Shown here piece after piece: positions 19,589 through 27,545 of a stretch of DNA of 64,000 bases. Made by a program: the position numbers and the translations under genes. Source of the stretch: a virus; IMG/VR virus record IMGVR_UViG_3300008117_007749, one strand, 5' to 3'. The notes beneath the pieces were generated by a model. That model saw nothing but the letters and a program-made list of their open reading frames with translations. It had not been told where the DNA came from and ran no database searches. The stretch's first letter is position 1. Every line of letters begins with the position of its first letter.

Positions 19589-20872
19589 ATGAAGAATCTT
19601 AAACTCGAGTTGTTTAACTTCAAAAAGAATCTTTCCCTTGATCAAGAAGAGATTTCTGTTATAGTAGAAGGACATATGAATGCTTGCATAGAGCACTCAG
19701 AAAAAACAATAATCAAATCATTAAATGAGAGATTAAAAGCTTATACTTATGATAAGAGTGTTAAGTCTCTTTTAGAGGGCCTAAACGATGACATGGCTAA
19801 TTATGAATTGTTATATGAATTAAAGAATTTATATAATGTTTTAAATTCAAAAAATCAAGGAGAGCTTTATAGACAACCAATTAATGTTTTATTACAAACT
19901 ATTAATCTTGAATCAGATCAAGATAGAATGTCTAAAATTCTTAATGAATTAGCTGTTTATGATTGGGTACCTGAAGTTAAATTATTTGTTCACAATTTAA
20001 CTACTTCTCCTGAGAAGAGAAGCAACTTGTTAAGTGGGGGTAAAGGGGAATCAGTTTATTCAATTGTAGAACAAGTAGAAAATGGTCACATCGCACTTAT
20101 CAAAGATTCTTGGTTTATTTTAACAGAAAACACAATCGAAAAAACTTTACTTGAATCAAATATTAAAGAAGAAGGAGAACTTAGAACTCTAAGAACTTTA
20201 GAAACTGCTATGAAATATGCTACAGTTAATGAGGATAGAATTAATTTCAGAATTTCTGAATATCTTACATTAGGTCTTTCCGTTTCTAAAAAAGGAGGAA
20301 TCTACATAAATGACGACGAATTAAACTCAGACACTACACTTGAGTCTTTATTTAATTCTCCGATTGTTCCAATCGTAAATAAGAACTTCTATCCAATTTT
20401 ATTAGAAGTATCTGAAAATTTAGACAAATTTGTAGAATTAGACGTAGTTAAGAAAATTGAAAACCTCATAAATCCTCACTTAGAGTGCTACGCATTTAAC
20501 TACAAAAACAACACTTATCTTTACAGATGTGATGAAAGATATGGAAATTCTTTCTTTAAATACGAATCGGCTTTAGAATTAGTAAATGAAGTAAGAAATG
20601 AGTTAAACTATGATTTAACTTACTTTTATGAAAATAAATTATCTAAAGAAACTGTTGTTAAAAGAAAACTTGAAGATAAAGAAAGAGAAATCAGTTTAAA
20701 GCTAGAAGATGTTCAATTCAACATTGAAAAAGTCAGAGGATCAATTCAAATGATAGGCGAATCAGAAGTTTTAACTACCGCTCTTAAAAACTTAGAAAAA
20801 AGAGAAGTAGTTCTTAAAGCTGAACTTGGTGGTGTTAAAGAACTTCAATATAAAGAAAGAATTAAACTTTAA
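19589..20872 (+). CDS. Hypothetical late protein (coiled-coil C-terminus)
   Basis: 427 aa ORF after TAATATATA; no family recognised. Confidence 0.7.
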   Translation: MKNLKLELFNFKKNLSLDQEEISVIVEGHMNACIEHSEKTIIKSLNERLKAYTYDKSVKSLLEGLNDDMANYELLYELKNLYNVLNSKNQGELYRQPINVLLQTINLESDQDRMSKILNELAVYDWVPEVKLFVHNLTTSPEKRSNLLSGGKGESVYSIVEQVENGHIALIKDSWFILTENTIEKTLLESNIKEEGELRTLRTLETAMKYATVNEDRINFRISEYLTLGLSVSKKGGIYINDDELNSDTTLESLFNSPIVPIVNKNFYPILLEVSENLDKFVELDVVKKIENLINPHLECYAFNYKNNTYLYRCDERYGNSFFKYESALELVNEVRNELNYDLTYFYENKLSKETVVKRKLEDKEREISLKLEDVQFNIEKVRGSIQMIGESEVLTTALKNLEKREVVLKAELGGVKELQYKERIKL

Positions 20873-20893
20873 TTTTTTTAAAATATAAAAATT

Positions 20894-20923
20894 AAATCCT
20901 CAAAGAAATTTGAGGATTTTTTT
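20894..20923 (+). terminator. Intrinsic terminator
   Basis: AAATCCTCAAA-gaaa-TTTGAGGATTTTTTT. Confidence 0.75.
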
Positions 20924-21017
20924 GTTTTATAAACTTTTTAAATAAATTAATATATAACATGAAGTAAAAAGCTTCAAAGAAATAATCAGATTATTTCTTA
21001 AAAATAAAGCTTAATGA

Positions 21018-21383
21018 ATGTATTTAAATAATAAAGATCTATACGTAGAAATTATCGTATCAAAAGCACAAGGCAAACTTACCAGAAACGCCGAAAAAAT
21101 GTTAGAACTCCTAGCCAAAAAAACAATAAAAAAAATGAGATACTGGTCAAATGATGACAAATTAGACTGTTATCAATCTGGACTTTTAGATATGTTCCAA
21201 AACTGGTACAATTTTAATGAAGACAAATCAGTTAACGCATTTGCTTACTTCACCGAAGTATTTAAAAGAGGAATAGCCAAAGGATTTAATGAAATCTATA
21301 AAAAGAAAGGTGATAACGAAAATCAGATTAAATTAATATCAATTGAAGGAAGTAACGATGGACAAGGTCTTCACTCAATCTAA
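21018..21383 (+). CDS. Late-transcription sigma factor (T4 gp55-like), compact
   Basis: YLNNKDL N-terminus and NFNEDKSVNAFAYFTEVFKR match the gp55 NFDxxKSxNPFAYFT motif. Confidence 0.85.
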   Translation: MYLNNKDLYVEIIVSKAQGKLTRNAEKMLELLAKKTIKKMRYWSNDDKLDCYQSGLLDMFQNWYNFNEDKSVNAFAYFTEVFKRGIAKGFNEIYKKKGDNENQIKLISIEGSNDGQGLHSI

Positions 21384-21400
21384 ATAGAATATAAGTCATT

Positions 21401-21427
21401 AAAAAACCCACTTAAAAGTGGGTTTTT
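21401..21427. terminator. Bidirectional intrinsic terminator between convergent genes
   Basis: AAAAAACCCACTT-a-AAAGTGGGTTTTT. Confidence 0.8.
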
Positions 21428-21432
21428 GTTTT

Positions 21433-22494
21433 TTACGAATAAACTGTTTCTAACATTTTAGCAGATACCAAATAAGGATCACAATTTGAAGATGGTCTTC
21501 TATCTTCAAAATATCCTCGTCCATCCACAAGTGATTGAGCCGGAATTCTAATAGATGTATCTCTAGTGCTATACCCATAGCTAAATTCATGAATTCCCGA
21601 TGTCTCATGCTCACCGGTCAATCTTTGTTCGTTATGCAAACCATAAACTTCAATATGTTCCATATGAGATGATTCAAGTTTTGGCATTGTTTCTTTAATC
21701 AATTCAATACCACCATCTTCTCTCATTTCTTTAGAAGAGAAATTAACGTGACACCCTGTTCCATTCCAGTCACCTTTGATAGGCTTTGGATGCAAAGAAA
21801 CATTAACACTATGTTTTTCAGCAACTCTTTCTAAGATATATCTTGATATCCAAAGTTGATCAGAACCGTTGAGAGCCGTAACAGGACCAATTTGATATTC
21901 CCATTGTCCAAGTAGAACTTCGGCATTGATTCCCGAGATATCTAAACCAATCTCTAAACACATATCCATATGCTCCTCAACAATTTGACGACCAATTACT
22001 GTATCAGCCCCAATTCCACAATAGTAGTCACCTTGTGCTCTTGGAGTTTTACCAACTTCAAATCCCAAAGGCAAACCAACACCCTCTCCAAAAGGCATAC
22101 CCGGCTTATGAGTCAAAGTGTATTCTTGTTCCCAACCAAACCAAGGAGCATCATTCTTAATTAAAGAATTAAGATTTAAACCATCTACAATAGAAGCTAA
22201 TTTTCTTCTATTGTTTGTTGGATGATTAGTTCCATCTGGACTCAAAACCTCACAAAATACTAATTTATTAGGATATTCTCTAAATGGATCTTTACAAACA
22301 AATACTGGTTTTAACAAACAATCTGTGTTTTTACCTTTACCTGCCTCTGCTTGAAGAGTTGAACTACCATCAAAAGACCACATTGAGTAGTCCTCGGGAT
22401 TCATAGTTTCTGCTTTATCAACTATTTTTGTTTTACTTCTGAGTTGCTGGGGCTCGGAACCATCTAACCAAATATACTCTAATTTAATTTTCAT
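21433..22494 (-). CDS. glnII: Glutamine synthetase type II
   Basis: KLEYIWLDG, LRSKT, WSFDGSST, WFGWEQEY, GINAEV, GQWEYQIGP, DWNGTGCH, RLTGEHET, YFEDRRPSSNCDPY. Confidence 0.95.
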   Translation of the reverse strand: MKIKLEYIWLDGSEPQQLRSKTKIVDKAETMNPEDYSMWSFDGSSTLQAEAGKGKNTDCLLKPVFVCKDPFREYPNKLVFCEVLSPDGTNHPTNNRRKLASIVDGLNLNSLIKNDAPWFGWEQEYTLTHKPGMPFGEGVGLPLGFEVGKTPRAQGDYYCGIGADTVIGRQIVEEHMDMCLEIGLDISGINAEVLLGQWEYQIGPVTALNGSDQLWISRYILERVAEKHSVNVSLHPKPIKGDWNGTGCHVNFSSKEMREDGGIELIKETMPKLESSHMEHIEVYGLHNEQRLTGEHETSGIHEFSYGYSTRDTSIRIPAQSLVDGRGYFEDRRPSSNCDPYLVSAKMLETVYS

Positions 22495-22562
22495 AAAAGT
22501 GTTTTTTTTTATTTTATTAAATTTTAAAACAAAGTTTAGATAAATAAATATACTTTTGTAAT

Positions 22563-22853
22563 ATGAGATTAGCTATTATACAAATTTGGGAAGAGTCGTT
22601 TAGTGATAACTCAATATCACCCGATGGATGCACTTTACATATTGATAAAGAATATAGAAATAGATATGTTGAAAATTTTTATAACAACAGAACAGAAGAA
22701 GTACCAGATACTTACGAAAGGATAGTAGGTAGAGAATCATTTGTTAAAATATCAGAAGAATTATGGGATATACTCTCAATAAACAAAAATATAAGAATAA
22801 CAGAAGTTGAATTCAATAACCTAATTGGTTTTAAAAAAATAAAACAAGCATGA
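22563..22853 (+). CDS. Hypothetical protein
   Basis: ORF; TACTTTTG (-7-like element) at 22551-22558. Confidence 0.6.
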   Translation: MRLAIIQIWEESFSDNSISPDGCTLHIDKEYRNRYVENFYNNRTEEVPDTYERIVGRESFVKISEELWDILSINKNIRITEVEFNNLIGFKKIKQA

Positions 22854-23203
22854 TATCTTACTTATCACTTATTCCTCTCTTTATTTGGATGAATCTTTTT
22901 TATCTTTCCAATATTACTAAAATTGATATTAGGTTTCATCAAATAGATTTGTCAAAAAGTAATAAGACTTTAATTTTATTTTATATTACTAAAATTTTAT
23001 ACTGGATGTGGATAATTTTTGGAATTTATTTGAAATTATACACCCCAGTGTTGATACTTATCTCACTGACTATAGTAAAGTTTTTGTCATATCGTTTTTC
23101 AACTAAATTATACAAAATATCTAACTTAATAACACCTATAATCTCAATAGTGTTAATGACTTTGATAGTTTTAACTTATTTTTTAAACATTAAACTTTTT
23201 TAA
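22850..23203 (+). CDS. Small multi-pass membrane protein
   Basis: Three to four hydrophobic stretches. Confidence 0.55.
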   Translation: MISYLSLIPLFIWMNLFYLSNITKIDIRFHQIDLSKSNKTLILFYITKILYWMWIIFGIYLKLYTPVLILISLTIVKFLSYRFSTKLYKISNLITPIISIVLMTLIVLTYFLNIKLF

Positions 23204-23710
23204 GTGATCTTCAGTTATTATAATAAATTCATATCCCTTCTTATTACAATATGATATCATAGTTTCCCACTTATTCTTATTCTTATAAGCCATTTTTAAA
23301 TCGTATTCAAAGTTTTTTAACTTTTTTGCACCAGACTGAGGAACAACTAACCGACCTTCATTTAAGTCTTGAACCATTTTATACTCTTTCATTGGCTTAA
23401 CTTCAACCACTACTTGTTTTAAAGATCCATCTTCCAGTCTCATTTCATAGTAAAAATCAGGATAGTAACAATGCTCTTTAATTTTTGTATCTCCGTTTTC
23501 AAAATGGGTCATTTGATAAGGTATTCTCATACATTCAGCCCCCCACTTTGTAATTTTAGTATTGTGGTCTAACCAAGTCATTATCTTCTTTTCCCAAGAA
23601 CTTCTAAAATAGACACCACCATAAGTATTTAACTTTATGACTTTATCTTTAAACTTAGGTATATAATTACCCTGATTATAGTTCTTATTACTTGGTTTAG
23701 AATTTAACAT
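23183..23710 (-). CDS. Head completion nuclease (T4 gp4-like, TnsA fold)
   Basis: YFRSSWEKKIMTWLD, KWGAE, IPY, HCYYPDF, VEVKP, NKNKWE, FIIITE. Confidence 0.9.
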   Translation of the reverse strand: MLNSKPSNKNYNQGNYIPKFKDKVIKLNTYGGVYFRSSWEKKIMTWLDHNTKITKWGAECMRIPYQMTHFENGDTKIKEHCYYPDFYYEMRLEDGSLKQVVVEVKPMKEYKMVQDLNEGRLVVPQSGAKKLKNFEYDLKMAYKNKNKWETMISYCNKKGYEFIIITEDHLKKFNV

Positions 23711-23758
23711 AAATAAAGGATTCTATTTATTTTATATATAAAATAAACTTTAAACCCT

Positions 23759-24472
23759 ATGGGAGAACTATATGAAAGACTAAAACTAAATAAGTTTGTA
23801 AAAAGCAATGACGTTCCAAGTTTTTTTAAGCAAAATTCTCTCGACTTCTATCAAAGATATTTAAAGTCAGATGATTATGTCAAATCAACTCCTGTCACAA
23901 ATATTATAAAAGGTCAATTTTATTTTTTTCACTATAAAGATGACTCTAACTGGGTCAAATGGTCTCCTGTTTTTGTAGTTGATGTAAAAGTTTATAGTAA
24001 TAAAATTATTTTACTATGTGTAAATTTTAATTTTCTACCTTTAGAGGTAAGAGTGGCTATTTTTGATAAGTATCTTACAGAAGCTGATTTTGAAAAGTGT
24101 GAAAGACTAAAAGGCAGACACTTTATAAAAGTTAAATTTGAGCCAATGTATAATGAGTTAAAAAGATTGAAACTAGAGTATTGTTTAATGGAATATAATG
24201 CTATTCAAATTGCTCAAGCACACAGAATTCATTTTACATTACTACCCGAATTTCTTTATTCTCAACATCCAAAGAATAAATATGACCCTAAAAAACTTAT
24301 TCAAATTTGGAAAAAGAAAGCAGAAACTTCTGTAGAAAGAGACTCTGAAATGTCACAACTAGCTATTGATGATCTATATAACTTTGATAAGGATTTTACA
24401 ACAAAATTTAAAGTTTTAGAAGGACACATCAAAAGGATTAGAGCAAGTGCTCAAAAATATGGAAAAGGCTAA
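23759..24472 (+). CDS. DNA end protector (T4 gp2-like)
   Basis: GQFYFFHY...SPVF...VNFNFLPLEVR resembles gp2 GxMYFFxY...PLI...LNLHYLP; divergent from the gp4-like gene. Confidence 0.65.
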   Translation: MGELYERLKLNKFVKSNDVPSFFKQNSLDFYQRYLKSDDYVKSTPVTNIIKGQFYFFHYKDDSNWVKWSPVFVVDVKVYSNKIILLCVNFNFLPLEVRVAIFDKYLTEADFEKCERLKGRHFIKVKFEPMYNELKRLKLEYCLMEYNAIQIAQAHRIHFTLLPEFLYSQHPKNKYDPKKLIQIWKKKAETSVERDSEMSQLAIDDLYNFDKDFTTKFKVLEGHIKRIRASAQKYGKG

Positions 24473-24801
24473 TCTAATAGATTGTCAATATTAAAGTCTC
24501 TATAAACTTGTTTTGTTATATCACCTAAACCAGTATCAAGTAATTTATCAAAATTTGAATCTGTTGAGTCAATCTCATAATCTTTAAGTGTTTCTAAATT
24601 TTTATTATACCACATATAAAAGAAATCACATGCAGTCTCAACTATATCTTCATAAGAAGGTTCCGAAACTGAATCATAAGCACAAAATAAAATTCTAACA
24701 TCTAATGGCTGTTCAGTGTCATAGATAATATCAATTGATTTATTCCAATTTAAGTTTATAGTAAATCCTAATTTTTCAATTCTATCTAAATGATCAAACA
24801 T
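24469..24801 (-). CDS. Hypothetical protein
   Basis: 110 aa ORF ending YRDFNIDNLLD. Confidence 0.6.
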   Translation of the reverse strand: MFDHLDRIEKLGFTINLNWNKSIDIIYDTEQPLDVRILFCAYDSVSEPSYEDIVETACDFFYMWYNKNLETLKDYEIDSTDSNFDKLLDTGLGDITKQVYRDFNIDNLLD

Positions 24802-25024
24802 TTTTTAATATTTTACTAAGTTTATTCTCTCTTTTATCTTCTATTTCAATTGGTTCTACTATTATCTCACCGTTTGATATTCTAATTTCCCATTTGTTAC
24901 CAGTGACATCATCAAGTAGAGCTAATTTTTTTATAACACAATAACCATCTGGTTCTATTCTAAGAACAGAATCACCAGTTGAACTATTCACATTAAATAT
25001 ATTAGGTTGAAGTTTAACAGTCAT
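24794..25024 (-). CDS. Hypothetical protein
   Basis: 76 aa ORF ending KRENKLSKILKNV; translationally coupled to its neighbours. Confidence 0.6.
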   Translation of the reverse strand: MTVKLQPNIFNVNSSTGDSVLRIEPDGYCVIKKLALLDDVTGNKWEIRISNGEIIVEPIEIEDKRENKLSKILKNV

Positions 25025-25965
25025 TATAGTTTAATACCGGTTTTGGGATCGTAATTCATAATTAACAACTCAATACCTTTAGCTTGTTCGGATTTTAAAT
25101 CAGAGTTGTTTCCACCTTGAGCCGAACTTCTAAATACTTCTTTCTCTGTCCAAACGTATTTATCTTTAGGTAATAACTCTTCTAAAAGAGGAAAATAATA
25201 ATAAGAAAGTGACCAACGACACTTAGTCTTTTTGATTAACTCCAATAGTCTTCTATGAGAAGCTGGTCCAAACATTCCTTCTTTGTCAGCACCATACCAA
25301 AACAATCTTTTAGCGTCATCTTCACCATTTTCATCTGGTCTGAAGTATGGTGGATCCAAATAAAGATAAGTATCTTCTGAATCATATTTTGTAATAAGTT
25401 CTTCAAAATCAATATTTAAGAAATCAGTAATTGATTGTAATTTAGGAGTATATTTATTTTTTTTCAATTTATCAATAAGAACTTCTAATTTCAAACGGTC
25501 TTTATCTTTTTTATAACCATTGAAACCAGCACCTCGAGGATAAACAGAGTTATGAGCAGAAGTGATAAGAAAAGCATAAATAGCGGCTTTCTCAAAATCA
25601 CCAATTTCAAAATTCATATCATCTAAGAAATCATTTTTTTGATATTCTTTATAAATCTTTTTATAGAAATCCCATTTCTTTAATGGATCTGTTTCTTCTG
25701 TGAAAAGAAGAGTATTTTTTAAATTCTCTAAATAAGGTAGGAACTCCTCAGGTTGTGATGAACACTTGTATAAGTTCACCTGATGACGATTTTTATCATT
25801 ATAGACAACTACATCGAATTTAAGTTGATCGTCATCCATATACGTTCCCATTGAACCAGAAAAAGGTTCTAAATACGTTTTAATTCCAGTTTTTGGGATT
25901 TTTGTATTGATTAATTCTTGAAATGCTGAGGAACTCTTACCTCCGAAATAACTTATTACCGCCAT
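25024..25965 (-). CDS. dam: DNA adenine methyltransferase (D12/Dam class)
   Basis: ISYFGGKS, YLEPFSGS, YND, YLDPPY, ELLIMNY; target sequence not determined. Confidence 0.9.
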   Translation of the reverse strand: MAVISYFGGKSSSAFQELINTKIPKTGIKTYLEPFSGSMGTYMDDDQLKFDVVVYNDKNRHQVNLYKCSSQPEEFLPYLENLKNTLLFTEETDPLKKWDFYKKIYKEYQKNDFLDDMNFEIGDFEKAAIYAFLITSAHNSVYPRGAGFNGYKKDKDRLKLEVLIDKLKKNKYTPKLQSITDFLNIDFEELITKYDSEDTYLYLDPPYFRPDENGEDDAKRLFWYGADKEGMFGPASHRRLLELIKKTKCRWSLSYYYFPLLEELLPKDKYVWTEKEVFRSSAQGGNNSDLKSEQAKGIELLIMNYDPKTGIKL

Positions 25966-25966
25966 T

Positions 25967-26485
25967 TTATTTATTTTGATTTTTAATTTGTTCTTCTAGT
26001 GAAGGTCTTTCATTTTGTTGTCTTAATTCTTCTCTAATCTTCATTAAAATTTTACCTAAATGATTTTCACCAATACTATTACATTTTGGACAAGAACACT
26101 GACCCCAAAAGACATCGTGCCAAAAGTTACCCTCTATAAGTTCTAATTTACCAGTATCCAATAACATCTCGCATAATTTAGGATCTTTGAATTTTTCACG
26201 AATTCCCCAATTCATAAAGTCTAATTTTTTTTCTTCCCAATCTTGTCTAACTTTTACTCGACTTCCTAATTTTTTTACATCACCAGCATCTGGTATTCTA
26301 GCAATTAACTCTCTAAAATCAGGAGCAGTATAATAAACACCATCAATGAATTGCATTTGAGTAACTTTTAGAGCAACATAATAGTGTTCTACAGAAGGAT
26401 ATGTAATTCCTTTATGTTCAATTTTACAGGGATAAAAGTTTGAAAGGAAATAATAACGACCTCTAAAAGAATTGATATAACTCAT
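25967..26485 (-). CDS. NADAR family protein (YbiA-like)
   Basis: FLSNFY, YPSVEHYY, KKLG, DWE, KF, LLDTG, LIEGNFWHDVFWG, GENHLGKILMKIRE. Confidence 0.92.
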   Translation of the reverse strand: MSYINSFRGRYYFLSNFYPCKIEHKGITYPSVEHYYVALKVTQMQFIDGVYYTAPDFRELIARIPDAGDVKKLGSRVKVRQDWEEKKLDFMNWGIREKFKDPKLCEMLLDTGKLELIEGNFWHDVFWGQCSCPKCNSIGENHLGKILMKIREELRQQNERPSLEEQIKNQNK

Positions 26486-26506
26486 AATTCTTATATGTTA
26501 TAAATT

Positions 26507-26531
26507 AAAAAAGTCCACCTTAGGCGGACTT
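26507..26531 (-). terminator. Intrinsic terminator of the tmRNA gene
   Basis: Minus strand AAGTCCGCC-taa-GGTGGACTTTTTT. Confidence 0.75.
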
Positions 26532-26539
26532 AATTTTAG

Positions 26540-26913
26540 TGGAGATGACCGGCTCTGCCTCCGGTGTCTTCCCTAGCTAACAATAATTATTCATTTACAG
26601 GCTTAGTGAAATTTTTCTAAACTCACAAAATATTTAGTTGAACTAACCCATCACTCTAACAATTCTGGTTTCACATTTTAAACTGTGTGATTCAGCTGGA
26701 GAATTTTTGCGATTAGCTTAAAAGCTTAAACTACTGCTAGCTCTTCTGCCTTAAGCATGTTGTTTTGTAACGCCGCTACTAAATCTTCACGGGATGCTAC
26801 TTCATTTGTTTTGCCATTTACGACTTTTGTTACCTAATTTATTAGTCGGTCATTTAACCACCCGACACCTGCATAACTACCACTACTCTATGAATCTATT
26901 CTATGACATCCCC
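26540..26913 (-). ncRNA. ssrA: Transfer-messenger RNA (tmRNA), about 374 nt
   Basis: 5' GGGGATG pairs with 3' CATCTCC-A, including the G3.U wobble (Ala identity); T-arm ACCGG/CCGGT preceded by GAC; internal tag frame after GTAAAT resumes at GGC (26815) and stops at 26726; size typical. Confidence 0.9.
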
Positions 26914-26934
26914 ATAGTCATTGTAATTATTTTA

Positions 26935-26950
26935 CAAATGTATATATAAT
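26935..26950 (-). promoter_or_regulatory. Overlapping host-type -7 element (TACATTTG) and late-type TTATATATA upstream of the tmRNA
   Basis: Minus strand reads ATTATATATACATTTG, about 20 nt upstream of the mature 5' end. Confidence 0.55.
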
Positions 26951-26974
26951 ATTTGAAAATAAGAAAAAGTTTAA

Positions 26975-27544
26975 TTAAAATGGCATATTATCATCTTCTA
27001 AACCTTCATCTAATGTAAAACCAAACGAAAGTATTCCACCACCGGATTTCGATTGCCAAATGTCAAATTCAGCATCATATTGAGCTAATATATCTCTTTT
27101 AAGTTTGTTAGCTACTTCAAAAACTTTAATAATACTTCTAAGTGTCTCTTTTTTTGCCATATTAACTTCAATGACAATATCCTCATTTCTTTTTGCCGTA
27201 ATCTGAACATTATCAACACCCGAGTTTCTAAACATTTGACGAAGCAAATAAGTTAAATGTTGCACGTCATCATCATCATCATCATCATCTGATTCATATC
27301 CATAGTCATCATCTTCATCATCGAATTTAGGATTTGATGATTTTCTCGAGTTATCACGCGTACTTTCATCGTCATACCAATCATCATAATCTCCATAATC
27401 TTTAGTAGAATCATCATCATATCCATAATCATCTTCTGGCCAACGAGCTTCATTTTTCTTATTAGCAGAAAGTTCGTTATTAAGATGACTAAATTCGTCT
27501 TCTCTGATATTTTCTAAATATTTTATAAATGTTTTTATTTTCAT
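26975..27544 (-). CDS. Asp-rich hypothetical protein
   Basis: Poly-Asp tracts; N-terminus MKIKTFIKYLE. Confidence 0.7.
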   Translation of the reverse strand: MKIKTFIKYLENIREDEFSHLNNELSANKKNEARWPEDDYGYDDDSTKDYGDYDDWYDDESTRDNSRKSSNPKFDDEDDDYGYESDDDDDDDDVQHLTYLLRQMFRNSGVDNVQITAKRNEDIVIEVNMAKKETLRSIIKVFEVANKLKRDILAQYDAEFDIWQSKSGGGILSFGFTLDEGLEDDNMPF

Positions 27545-27545
27545 A

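Noticed and set aside
26540-26570. tRNA-like 3' end as a stand-alone tRNA
   Set aside because: Its pairing 5' strand is about 370 nt away with a tag frame between and no anticodon arm, so it is a tmRNA
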